Shown: in pieces, positions 38,600 through 51,480 of the stretch
How the letters are laid out: every line of letters starts with the position of its first letter
How positions within the stretch are numbered: the stretch's first letter is position 1
DNA from: Octopus sinensis
Lineage: Eukaryota
Direction of reading: 5' to 3'
DNA: 64,000 bases
Assembly: GCF_006345805.1 (NCBI RefSeq)
Contig: NC_043000.1
Coordinates: 87,296,001-87,360,000 of the forward strand
Program-made: the position numbers and the translations under genes
Notes under the pieces: generated by a model
The model's input: the letters and a program-made list of their open reading frames with translations, nothing else
Told to the model about the DNA's origin: nothing
Database searches by the model: none

Positions 38600-40110
38600 A
38601 TGAAGGCCGACCTGAGCCTGGAGATCCAACGTTGCATATCCAAAACTCTCGGAACACCTCCCACAATCATCAACAAGAACATCACCCCGAGAAAATACTA
38701 TCCTCAGAGTTGCCATTGAACAACAAAGCACATATTTCATCTCCTATATACTATCATGATGGGATTAAACCCCGTTTCAAACTTCTATCCCTGAATGCTC
38801 TTGTGCAACAAGGTGCACCTTTTTGACTCCTATAGTATTGACCACTATTGTATTGACTCCTATAGTATTGACCCCGAAAGTATTGATCCCGATTTCATCA
38901 CAGTCACAGAAACATGGGCATACTCTCTACTCTGTGTTGATGATGTTTTTAGCGTAGTTATTTACAATTTGTTACGTAAAGACTGTACTTATCGTTCTGG
39001 AGAAGATCTACATTCGGTCAAATTTTTCAGCAATTCCTTGTGGTGATCTGAACAAGACACAACACGCGGCACTCTTTTGCGAATTACGCATCAACATGTT
39101 AACACTGATACTTGGAGTTGACTATCACCCGCCAAATTACCGCCAAGATACACAGCTTTTTGAAATCCTCAGGGTTGCACCTAGGAAAACAGCCATTTTT
39201 TCATTGCTGGTGACTTCAACTACCCCGAAATTGATTGAGAAACTTTTCGTTGGCCGTAAACTGCAGGCGATTTCCTTGATGTAATGCTGGATGCAAACTG
39301 ACCCCAAGTAAGCACCTCCCTCACAAGAGGTAATAATACTTTGGACCTGATCTTTACCACTGCTCCTGAAACTGTTATCAGTGTTACGACTCCGATCATG
39401 GAATGATCATGGCCAATCTGTCTCTTATAGGCAGACACAAAAAGAATCAGCATCTCCAGACCACTCGCTGGAACAAAGCAGACAGGAACTGTTACCACTG
39501 TTGACGGGGACGTTTGAAGTAGAGACCTCACTCTTCAGTGGCCCACTTCACAATCCCCACACAGATCGGATCACTGATGACTCCAAGGAATGTGCTGAGC
39601 TTATTAATGAATGCAATCCTGGCATTTTTACTGTTGAAAATCCAAATGTACCTTCTTCACTAACTCTGACATCAAATTCCATAACATCTGTGAAATTCAC
39701 ACCCGCAATGCTGCGACGCCATCTCAAGAATAAGCACAACTATGCTTCTCCTGGTCTTGATGGTGTTACTTATTTGCTTCTCAAACGTGGCGGGTTCTTT
39801 CTTTTGCACCAACTTTCATTCTTCTTTCAATTCTGCCTTAACAACTGTGTCACTCCAGAGCACTGAAAAATTGCCAGTGTCGTTCCCCTAGTCAAAATAA
39901 GTAATCGCACATCAGTTACCAACTACCGTCTAGTCGCCAAACTGATGGAGTCCTGTGTCAGAGAAACAATCTGGGACTTTTGGAGCTCTCACAGCCTTAT
40001 TCAACTTTTGGAGCTCTCACAGCCTTATTCAACTTCTGGAGCTCTCACAGCTTTATTCAACTTTTGGAGCTCTCACAACCTTATTCAGCCCAATTTGCGG
40101 GCACCACGAA
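38600..40110 (+). mobile_element. CR1/L2-like LINE fragment (APE C-terminus to RT N-terminus), degenerate
   Basis: TVTETW, GVDYHPP, GDFNYPEID and TRGNNTLDLIFT across frames, SPGLDGV, KIASVVPLVK, TNYRLVAKLME. Confidence 0.8.
39976..40087. repeat. 28-bp tandem repeat x4
   Basis: ACTTTTGGAGCTCTCACAGCCTTATTCA at 39976, 40004, 40032 and 40060. Confidence 0.95.
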
Positions 40111-40674
40111 GTGGGAAGCGATCAGTCTTATCGTTAAAGGTGCGAAACTGAATATTACCAACTGGTCGGTAACTGATGAAGAATTACGGACCTCCTGTTT
40201 GTCTCCTGTTCGTTTTTACATTCAGTATATATTATGACGTTTTTTTTTTATTTACCATACGCTTTTTCATTTAAGTAATGGAACACGCAACACACACCGA
40301 ATTTGTATTAACAAGTTTTTTGTATATGCCCGTGTGATGAGACATTAGCGTTTATATATACACACACAAACCACCCCTCACAAGTCTATGTATATATACG
40401 TTGCAGAAATACAAATATCAATAGTGCACTGGATACTCTCAGAGGTCTTTAGTTCTGCTGTTCACAAATATATATGGTGTGAAAATAAACAGAGCATTTA
40501 AAAGGCAATCATTTCAGTGATGTGAGGAATCTGTAACCCAATAGAGACCTAAGACGATTAAATTGCCACTGGAACAGTGAAGACGTATCAATCAAATTGG
40601 GAAAATGTATCACTGATTCATAAGTTGATATGTCTTCGCTGTTTCTGTGGCAATATATTCATGATCTTTGGTCA

Positions 40675-40785
<111 letters not shown>

Positions 40786-40862
40786 ACATGTAACTCTCAA
40801 TAAATGTGTTGAGTGCCCTTTTTCGTTTGTCTACTCACTCGTGTGTGTGTGTGTGTGTGTGT

Positions 40863-40904
<42 letters not shown>

Positions 40905-40905
<1 letters not shown>

Positions 40906-41262
40906 GCGTGGCCATGTGGTAAAAAGCTTGCTTACCAACCACTGCGTGGCACCTTGGGTAAGTGTCTACTATAGCCTCGGGCCGACAAAAGTCTTGTAAG
41001 TGGATTTGGTAGACGGAAACTGAAAGAAGTCCGTCGTATGTATAGATATGTGTGTATGTGTATTTGTGCTTGTCCCCCACCATCACTTGACAGCCGATGT
41101 TGGTGTGTTTACGTCCTCGTAACTTAGCGGTTCGGTAAGAGAGAGAGAGAGCGATATAATAAGCGTTAGGCTTACAAAGAATAAGTCCTGGGGCCAATTT
41201 GTTCGACTAAAGGCGTTGCTCCAGCATGGCCGCAGTCAAATGACTGAAACAAGTAAAAGAAT
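40905..41262 (+). mobile_element. SINE family C
   Basis: Matches 32326-32732 with a short internal deletion. Confidence 0.85.
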
Positions 41263-43217
41263 ACACTCACATATATACACACGCACACACATACACGCAT
41301 ATGGGACTGGATCGAAACCATGGGGGTTCTGGGGAACTTCAAATTCGGGGAACCCATCATGCACAAGAATTAAAATCTAGGAAAATAACCGAATATAAAT
41401 CTCAAAACCCGTCTTTTGCATGTAATTGAAGTAAACAACTGAAAATGTTCCTTTATAGATACACTTTTCAAAATTCTAATTTCATTCTTCCCACATCCAA
41501 GGCGAGAGGGCGAAAATTAAAAAAAAAAATTTGAATTTCAAATGTTTCAGAATGCGGAATGCGATTAAATGACAGAAAATTACGAAAAAGAAAAAAAAAA
41601 TGTTTAGTGGTTGTTGCTGTTCCAAAGGCACGATGAGGGTGTGTGTGTGTGTGTGTGTGTACGTGTGTATGTGTGCGTGTGTGTGCATGTGTGTGTGTGT
41701 GTGTGTATGTGTGTGTGTGTAAGAGAAAGAGGATATGGATTTTTTAAATTCTTATTTTAAAAGGGTTTTCTATCGTTGTTTTGAAATACATAAAAAAGAA
41801 GAAAAAAACGGAAAATCCCGACGAAAACGTGGAAATTCCAATATGGGACAGTTATTCCGAAGGTTCGTTTTTCCAGTTTCCAGTAGGAATATATTTTTTG
41901 ACAAATGTTCACTACCCTACAAAAACTTTATCCGCTATGCAAATGACCTTCTCAAAATGTATTAAAAACACTATGACATATTCCGAACACAATATCGGAA
42001 AATAATCTCAGTTCTCTTTGAGCATAAAAGACAAATTTAGATGGGGCAAAATGAGTAAGACAAGTTATGGTAAATTTACCTCTTCACTTCTCCAGAATTA
42101 CATTTGAGAAGAGATTCACACACATTAATATCCTTTTTTAGACATCAGTAAGATTAGAAAATCAACAAAATTTTAAATATCCAGGTCAAATGAAAGATCA
42201 TGGAACAACGACACATGACATGAAATTAACGAAACTCGACTAAATTTAAAAACTCAACATGAAATAATTTATTCTATAGTTTCTATGCTGGAGTGGCTCT
42301 CTTCCTGATATATTTATGCACCAAAACGTTCAAGAGATGACTAATAATGAGTAATTAGTCATTGCTCATTTTATCCTATTCTAGATTTTTTCCCTTTGTT
42401 TTGAAACTGAAATTAAATATTACTGTGAGTAAAAATACAGAAAAGGGGAGAAAGGAAAAAGTTCGATTTAATGAAAGGCATTTGAACATATACGCAATAA
42501 GCCGAATCATATACTAAATTCAAGGTTTAAATTTTAGAACTTGTTCCTTACTGTTTCTTTCGTAAAATAAGACCAAAATTTGTAATGCCTCACTGAAAGA
42601 ATGAAGTTTAGAAGTGACAATATATGTGCGTGCATATCTGTGTTTGTGTGTGTGCGCGCACACGTGCGAGAATGTGTGCCTTTACTTGTTAGTGGTTAAG
42701 CCAAGGTCATGCGTTGAAAGAAGGAATTTGAACTAGAGACAGTAACTGTTTTCTTATTCTTTATCTTTATATACTTATATACATTCATACTTAAACACAC
42801 ACTCAAACAGACTCATAGATACATACATACATACATACATACATACATACATTGGGATGTTAACTAGATCCCAAAGATGGAACCTTGTATCTTTGTTGGA
42901 AACCGGCTTCCTCATCAGTGGAAAATGTATAGTAATTAAAAAATAGAAGTGACATACATATATTTGTTGTTTTTACTTTCTCTGTCGTCGCCCCCAAAGC
43001 AGGGCGTCGGTAATGTGGAAAAATCTACGATTCTTTATCTTAAAAGATAATTTTTTAAGATTTCGGGATATGTTTGATACCTTCATGCAAGATTATTGGG
43101 AGGTGGGGCCCTCTCTGTATTGAGTGGTACATACTCTTCGTAGCAGTGCCGCTCATCAACATTACTGAGGGTAACCCGGGGCAATCGCACTCTTTGCCAC
43201 CTATAAATCCGACCCTG

Positions 43218-43251
<34 letters not shown>

Positions 43252-43252
<1 letters not shown>

Positions 43253-44548
43253 CAGGTCATCCCATAAGTTCTGTTCGAATTTTGAATAAAGAAAACAAGT
43301 GATTAAATGTTATATTTAATTGAAATTTAATCATCAATGTACTTTCCGGGATTATCTATGACTTCCTTCCATCTATTTACACGCTTTTAAATCCCATCAA
43401 TGTAAAACTCCTTTAGTTTCAAAGCGAAGAACTCTTAAATGTCAGTTTCGACCTCCTCCTGGCTTGCGAAAGTTATGTCCCTCAAATGATTCTGTAAACT
43501 ACGAAACAAATGGTAGTCTGAAGGAGCAAGTTCGGGAGAATAAGGTGGATGAGGATTTTTTCCCCAACCAACTCTTTGATCTTCTGTGTTGTGATCTTTG
43601 CAGTTTGGGGTCGCTCATTGTTCTGATGAAACATCACTCCTTTTCGATTCACTAAAGCGGGTCTGTTTTTCTTCAAAGCTTGGTTCAAACGCTCTAATTG
43701 CTGACAGTAGACTTGAGCATTGATTGTTGCATTAGGTGATAACAATTCAAAGTGAATTACTCCTTTGCAATCCCACCAGATAGAGAGAAGAAACTTTTTC
43801 CCATAAAGTTCCCTTCTCGGTTCTGATTGAGCTTTTTCCCCTTTATCAAGCGACTGTTTAAGACGTTTAACATTTCGATAGAAGATACATTTTTCGTCAC
43901 CAGGCACAAGTCTATCCAAAAAGGGGGTGAAATGAGTTCGCGAGAATGGAGAGAAGAGCAGATATCAACTCGGGATTTACGGTTGCTTTCGGAGAATACA
44001 TGAGGCACCCATTTTCCAAGCTTAGGAACCTTTCCAAGTTGTTGAAGATGACGATGAACAGTTGTATGGTTTGAACTAAGCTTTATTGCCAATTCTTAAA
44101 CTGATAATGCAAGACTTTCTTCAAGTCAGGCCTCGAGGAGCTTATCATCAAACTCAACTGGACGTCCTGTTCGATCTTCATCTTCAAGGATGAAATCTCC
44201 ACTTCTGAATTTTGCAAACCATCTTCTACAAGTTCTTTCATTCAAGCATTCTTTCCCATAAACTGGGTTTATGTTTCGAGTCGCTTCGGCTGCAGAGTTT
44301 CCTCTTTTGTACTCATAAAACATTATGTGCCTGAAATTCTGAAATGCTCTTTGGATATTTCCATGTTAGAAAGGGTTTTAATCAAAGAAATTTTAATTCT
44401 ATTATTCTGTAAAATAATATTTAATTAGTTTGAATGTACACAAATGCATAAAAATAAATTTTAATTCCATTAGAGATTCTAAAATAGTATTAAATTTCAT
44501 TCAATTTTACAAATGATAAAATCGGACAGAACTTATGGGATGACCTGA
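43252..44548 (-). mobile_element. Full-length mariner (1297 bp), frameshifted transposase
   Basis: TIRs TCAGGTCATCCCATAAGTTCTGT / ACAGAACTTATGGGATGACCTGA with TA flanks. MFYEYKRG..TCRRWFAKF, LGKWVPH, GDEK, WWDCKG, HQNNERP. Confidence 0.95.
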
Positions 44549-44559
44549 TAATATAAAAT

Positions 44560-45360
44560 ATTAAGATTCGTTTGAATTAGGTACTTAAATTGTGACGCCT
44601 TGTTAGGTCGATTTAATTTGCACACCCAAACAATATCAGGTGATAATCATAAAGGTATTAGGTTAAAAATTAGTAACAATTCCAATAACCGTAAGTACAA
44701 TAATCCACAGATAATACCCCAGGTATCCTTCATGCAATCATTATACGTTGGTTGCATAATATCTAACGATACAATCCAGGATAGTAGGGTCAACATAAAT
44801 ATAAGTAATAAAACCAATTATAATAACTCGAGTTATAGTGACATAACACGTGATAATACTTCTATGAATTTGAACAGTAACCCGAATGATGACACTATAA
44901 ACATGAATAAAAGGATTAGAAAAACTAATAATAATAATCGCAGTTGCAATTGTAGAAAACGATCCCACTGCCCGCCATTAGGTCACTATTTAGCAGGAAA
45001 TGTTATATAGAAATGTACAGTACTGACAGAAATTAATAATTTCATTTATATCGTGTGCTCAGTAAATATGAAAGAAAAAGAAAAAAACCGCCTGAATAAC
45101 CATCTTTCGTTCTTTAGGTTTAGGCATAAAGCCAGCAGTACCTCATTATCTCCGAAAATCTGGGAACTCAGGGATAATATTAAATTGGATCTAAAGTGGG
45201 ATACAGTGCGTAGAGCTCAACTTTTATGCAAACAGCCGGTATGGGTGAGGACTATGTTGTATGGAGATCTGTGAAATATTCAAATATAAAGATTAACACA
45301 GCCAAATTAATAATAAATTATATCTTAGGGTGTCATGAGTTCATAGAATTACCCGTACCT
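44560..45360 (+). mobile_element. Penelope-like linker plus GIY-YIG fragment, followed by an AT-rich tail to about 47760
   Basis: Asn-rich linker, then SCNCRKRSHCPPLGHYLAGNVI, NNHLSFF and SSTSLSPKIWELR. Confidence 0.8.
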
Positions 45361-46063
45361 TTAAATACTTTAGAAGCAAGTAATTAATAATTATATCATA
45401 CTGTATTTTTGGTGACATAAGTTATTTGGGATGCCATATCACTCAGAGCCTACCCTCTGTGATGTCGAAACCTATTCAATAATGCATTCTAGCATTATCC
45501 CTCTGATAGAAGTCCCCCTGATCTATAAACTTTTAATAATTACAATATGTATTTACCCCTTCCCAGTGGTAAATCTCTTCTATCATGGTTGATATATAAT
45601 ATATTTATTTTTTTAATAGAGTATTAAAATTCGCACTCCCTCTAAATATAAAATATACCCTTTAAGATCTATCACTATTCTACCTCGATCATTTTCCTTG
45701 ATGTACTTATCAGATATATCTAATCTTATAAGCTCATTTTCAAAGGAAATTTTGTCTCTATTAAAACTTGGTATACTTATATTTTACTTTTATCTTGCAT
45801 TATTAATAATATTCCGATTATAGCTTTTCCTGTGTACCACTACCATTATAAAGAAATCTTTTTGTTTTATTTTATTTCGCATTATATCCTTCCATATATC
45901 TTTTTTTACCTTTTTATATAATCTTTTTATACATTCGTATAAAAATTTTAAAAAATATTTTTCTTATATTCTATAATTTTTTTTCATATCTTATACTTTT
46001 ATATTTTATGCATTTATATAACCTTTCATATATTTTTCATGATTTTTAGAGCTTATACTATTA

Positions 46064-46276
46064 CAGTAATCTCTCGACTATCGCGGGCGTTACGCTCCAA
46101 AACCCCCACAAATCCGCGAAGTAGAAACAGTACTATACAGTATATTTTTAAAATTAATTTTTCTAATTTGTAAATATTTATTTTATTATAAGTGTAAAAC
46201 AACACCACAGGGGAATCGGCGTAAGCTTAAATAATAAACCGCGATAGGTGAACCGCGATATGACGAGGAATTACTG
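46064..46276. mobile_element. pogo/Tigger-type MITE (213 bp)
   Basis: TIRs CAGTAATCTCTCGACTATCGCGG / CCGCGATATGACGAGGAATTACTG; TA TSD. Confidence 0.85.
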
Positions 46277-46323
46277 TATATATTTATTTTAATTACACAT
46301 TATGGTTTATAAATTCTTATATA

Positions 46324-46874
46324 TTGGGTTGTCCGGAAAGTTCGTGCTGATTTTTAAAGGAAAGAAAAAGGCCAATAAATACTTGCTATTACATTTTTAA
46401 TCAACCAAATATGAACCATTTTGTTGCACAATGCGTCTCCATCTTTCCTTTAACTTGAAAATACCCTCTTCCCAGAATTGAGGTGGTTTCATAGCAAATA
46501 ATTCATCAAGGTATCTTTTTACATCATCCAAGGAATTGAAATTTTTACCATTAAGGCGATTCTGCAGAGACCTGAATAAGTGGAAATCCGAAGGAGCAAT
46601 ATCTGGTGAATATGGAGTGTGGGGTAACACATCCCAGCCGAGCTGCTGCAATTTTTGTCTAGATCCCAAAGCATCCAGTGCCGAAATGAACTTCCATTTT
46701 AAAGGGTTACAGAATTAACATAGGTTAACATAAACCTTCCTCCACGAAAAGATAGCTTAAACTGTGCTCTAAATGGATGTGTAGTCAAATCCTATTTTAT
46801 GGACTCAACCATGTTCTAAAATAAGTCGAAAGTTAAGCTACTATAAGCCGGCACGAACTTTCCGGACAACCCAA
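46324..46874 (-). mobile_element. Internally deleted mariner (551 bp)
   Basis: TIRs TTGGGTTGTCCGGAAAGTTCGTGC at both ends, TA TSD; retains PHTPYSPDIAPSDFHLF. Confidence 0.95.
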
Positions 46875-47799
46875 TATTATTTTTATAATTTTATGCCTTT
46901 ATGTATCTTTTATATATTTTTATAGTTTTTATAGCTTATAAATTTGTGACAAGTTATACTTTTTTCGTAAAATTCTCTGTATACCGTAATCTTATTTTAT
47001 TTTATATTCTTTAATTATACATGATATTCATTATGAGATTATAGGACTAAATTCATTTAAATCTTGTATCTGAATGTATTTCTTTATAAACTTAATACCT
47101 CTAATTTACTTACCCTGTATATTAGATCTCATTTCGTACTATAGCCTATCTTTATACACTCGTATTTGACGGGAAGGAGTTTAATAACATTTTAGTTGCA
47201 TACTATAAGTATCTATTTATATTATAAATATTTCCGTTATACATTCATCATATACTATTTTACCAGGATATTCTATACACTACACTTATGAAAAAGTCTT
47301 AATATTTCTCTTATATCTTAAAGTATACCCTTATTAAAACTTTTAAGTGTACCTTCTAGCCTTAATCTATAAATAAAATTATATCTTGATTTTACATTAT
47401 AAATATGCTAAGTTGTATTATACACCTTCCCTTATTTGCTGTATTTATCTTCCACTCCTAATTTATAATACTTATTCTTTTAGTTTGTCTAGTAGGTTGT
47501 CATGATATTAATTTATCACATTTGTATGGAATACAGCTACAACTCCCAAAAGATTTATTTATGATCGAAGACTGTATTCCCCCTATTGTCTTCGAAGTGT
47601 AGGTAACTGGGTCACTACTTTCTATTATTCCTCCCTCTACTATGATCTCTACTAATCTCTAAATTTTAGTAGATTCGACACTACATTGACTATTTTTCTA
47701 AACTCATTTTACCAAAGATAAAGCAACAAAATCAATGTAAATATTTGAACTCTGTTGATGATACGAATATGTTAAGGCACTTGTTTCCATTAATCAGTT

Positions 47800-48015
47800 A
47801 AAGGCGTTGAACTGGCAGAATCGTTAGTAAGTTTTGAGTTCAAATTCCGCCGAAGTCGAATTTGCCGATACATTTTCAGTTCAAATTCCGCTGAGGTCGA
47901 CTTTACCTTTCATCCATTCAAGGTCGATAAATTAAGTACCAGTGAAACACTGGGGTCGATGACATCTACTGTCCCCTCCCCCAAATTTCAGGCCTTGAGC
48001 CTATAGTAGAAAGAC
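47800..48015 (+). mobile_element. SINE family A with duplicated B-box segment
   Basis: AAGGCGTTGAACTGGCAGAA head; AGTTCAAATTCCGC occurs twice. Confidence 0.8.
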
Positions 48016-48079
48016 TTAATCAGTCAGAGGAGTCGCTTGAAATGGCCGTAATGAATTGACACCTGTACATCTTTGTTAC

Positions 48080-48157
<78 letters not shown>

Positions 48158-50191
48158 GAGGCAGTCCTGAGAGCGGCTGGTTTCGGTCCCGTCTTCCGCG
48201 GCTGGATAGCTGCCTTGTACAGAGGCATCCGTTCGGTAATTCGCGTAAATGGACATCTATCGAGACCTTTCGACATTGCACGTTCGGTCCGTCAGGGATG
48301 CCCCCTCTCGGCGCTTCTATACGTATTGACTCTTGAGCCACTACTGCGGAAGCTGGCGACTCTAAGGGGCATCCCGCGAGAATTGGGATGCGGGACGAGC
48401 GTGTCTGCATACGCGGACGACGTCACCGTCATAGTGTCTAGCCACGAGCACATCGAGCTGGTCGGCGAGACACTGAAAAAACTACGAAGCGGTGACAGGA
48501 GCGAAAATCAACCGGGAAAAGTCAGTGGGCTTGCGACTAGGCACCTGGAGAAGCAAGCCCATGCCGTCCACCAGCGCCTCCGTCGTGGGACGCTGGACCG
48601 ACGGCCCGGTTGAGTTGCTCGGGGTCTGGTTCGGTCCGGACCTCCAAGTGGAGAAGAACTGGAACGAGATAACGAGTAGGGTGGTCACTCTCGCCCGGCA
48701 ATGGGCCGAGAGGAAACTGTCCCTAAAAGGTCGAGCGGAGGTGGCGAACACGTACATCGCGTCCGTCATCTACTACCGCCTGACCGTCGTACCTTGTCCC
48801 GACCCTACCATCACCAAACTACAACACATCCTCTTTCGCTTCTTGTGGAAAGGATGCGTCCCGATGGTCAGGCGATCCATTTGCTGTCAACACCCGTTAA
48901 AAGGAGGGCTGGGCATGCCGTGGTTGATGATGCGCAGACACGCGCTGAGACTGCGACATCTCTGGCTCTATGTAGACGACGGTGAACAGGTGTGGTCGCC
49001 GTTTGTGAGGCACGCTTTCCCGCAGCTCGTCTCCATGACCGAACTGCAGTCGTGGATCAAAAAGAGGCCGAGGAAGGGCGAATGGCACCGCGAGTGTCGC
49101 GTTGCTCTCAAGCAACTCTGCCGTCCTGGGTCGACCTTAAGTGACTTCAACACAACCAAAGCATTCTATAGGGGTTTAGTGGAGGGGAGGTACGACGACG
49201 AGCTCGGGGCGAACCTGGACGTCGACGAGGAGTACCTGACCCGCCTGTTCGGGACGACTTTCGGGCCAGGGCCCATGGACAACTTCCAGAGATCCCTGGC
49301 CTGGCAGTGCTACCGAGAAGCGCTACCCGTTCGGGATAAGCTCTACAGACACGGCTCGAGAAACACGGGGCCGACCTGCCCGAGATGCGGTCAGAGCGAC
49401 GAAACCGTTCTGCACGCACTCGTTCAGTGTCCAACAATTTCCGACCTGTGGGCTTATGTCGAACAACTGCTGTCACGTGTGGGACGAGTCGGTTTATCAG
49501 CTGAGTCTATCGTCAATATTGTCACGCCTCCTTCCTTCAAACGGGAAGGAAGAGCTATTTTCATCATCCTTGTGGCTATGGCGAAAGAATGTATCTGGTG
49601 GACGCGTCTGAAAGGATTGGAGACAAACACTTTCCTCTCTGGTCAATCTCTCATCAACTTCTTCAAGTACCACTTGAAAAGGAAAGTGAGAGTAGAGAGG
49701 CAAGTTTTGTCTAGCGAATGTTTTAAAAAAAGATGGGTGAATGTAGCAAGAATGGCACGTATGAATGACGAAGCCACCTTGAGCATAGTCCTATGAACCC
49801 AGAAATCGAAAACAGAGAGTTGCTTATTTGCAAAAAAAAAAAAAAAAAAAAAAGAAATATAAAATGTGACTTCATTGACCGAGGTTACCGTGGTTTTTTC
49901 CGTAGGCTTTTCTTTCCACGGGTAAACCTCACCTGTCCCCCCCTTTACACTTCATATTGACATTTCTGTGATAACGATCCCTATTGATCAATTTTTTTTT
50001 CCTCTCCCCCTTTTTTTTTTTTTTTTTTTTTAACCCCCCCTTTTTTTTGTCCTCTTTCTCTCCTTTTACGATCCCTTTTGATCGAAACTCCCCCTTCCTT
50101 TTTTTTTTTTTTTTTTAAACCTTCAAAAGAAAAGCTCTACCTTGTAATTTGTTCTATCTGTGTGCAGCCCTGTGTGGCTAATAAAGAAACA
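48158..50191 (+). mobile_element. 5'-truncated L1/Tx1-clade LINE (RT C-terminal half, zf-RVT, 3' UTR)
   Basis: SVRQGCPLS, AYADDV and CPRCGQSDETVLHALVQC. One frameshift at an A-run near 48480; CpG-rich; ends AATAAAGAAACA; flanked by (TATC)n on both sides. Confidence 0.92.
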
Positions 50192-50690
50192 TATCTATCC
50201 ATCTATCTATGTGTGTCTGTATATGTATGTATGCCTGTATATACACCATAAAGAAACCGCGCCATTCATATATATGTACATGTGTGTGAGAGTATGTTTG
50301 TATTTACACATGCACACGTAATACACATACGCACACGCACACACACATGTACAAGTACAAATTTTTAAATCTTGCCAATCCATTATAATTATTAGTTTCA
50401 AAAGCTAAGAGATCTCAAAGATTTCAAACAGGTCAGATGCTGAGAATATCGATCAAATATTATCACGTATATTGATTGATAACATCGTACCTGAACTTGT
50501 GATTTGATTTGAGCACTTTACAGACGTTCCTTTCTCTTCATTTTCTAAGCGAATCAAATTAGAACTTCAGACGGTAAAGATGTCAAACTATTTTTGTTGA
50601 TATATGTTCAAGGATTTGAGCATTTCGAGCTGTTTAAATGCTTTAGATATTTGAAACTATTGAGACGGCTTTTACAATTGAAATCTATCA

Positions 50691-50778
<88 letters not shown>

Positions 50779-51151
50779 ATCTATCTATCTATCTCGTATA
50801 CATATTAAAAAATCCCCCCTCGAGCATAGCCACACACAGACGCAGACACAGACACACACGTTATGTGTGTGTGTATGTGTATATATATATATGTGTGTGT
50901 GTGTGTGAATGTATCTATGTATGTATACATATGCTATATGTATAGTTGTATGTCGATAAAATGCAACAAAACTAGCTGTATAATATACTACCTGTAACGT
51001 ACAAGATGCAGACAGAGTCAAAACGATCGTTGTGTTGAATAAAAGTTCTTGTTAAATCCATGTTTCCTTTTCCTCACTCATTAGGTATATATGTATGTAT
51101 GTAATAATATAAATGCATACATACATACATACATACGTACATACATACATA

Positions 51152-51480
51152 CACGAAAGCGCAGACACGGCTAAACGACGGAGACGGGCTAACGCATCTC
51201 GTCCTCAGCAAGCACGACGCAGCGAATCGCGCGCCGTTTCCGCAGAGCGCGACGCGGCACCCGCACGCTGCCGCGTCGACTGCTTTGCTACAGTGCGCCG
51301 CACGGCGGTCGCGGGACCTCCCGAAAAGTCGCCCACTGTCGCCGGTCAGCGACGAGCATCGGCTGGCCTGCTCGCTTAGCCAGCGGGGCAGCGTCATTTG
51401 AAGGCTAAAATAATGAGAAGCGCATTGTGACCAGCGATGTGTAGCAACATCTGATAGTCTGGTCGGTCACGGTGATAGCG
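51152..51480 (+). repeat. GC/CpG-rich repeat fragment sharing its 3' portion with SINE family B
   Basis: 51364-51416 matches the reverse complement of 6570-6622. The upstream part is not tRNA-like. Confidence 0.65.

Noticed and set aside
39976-40087. 28-bp x4 repeat considered as a CRISPR-like array
   Set aside because: No spacers; it is a contiguous tandem duplication within a eukaryotic LINE.
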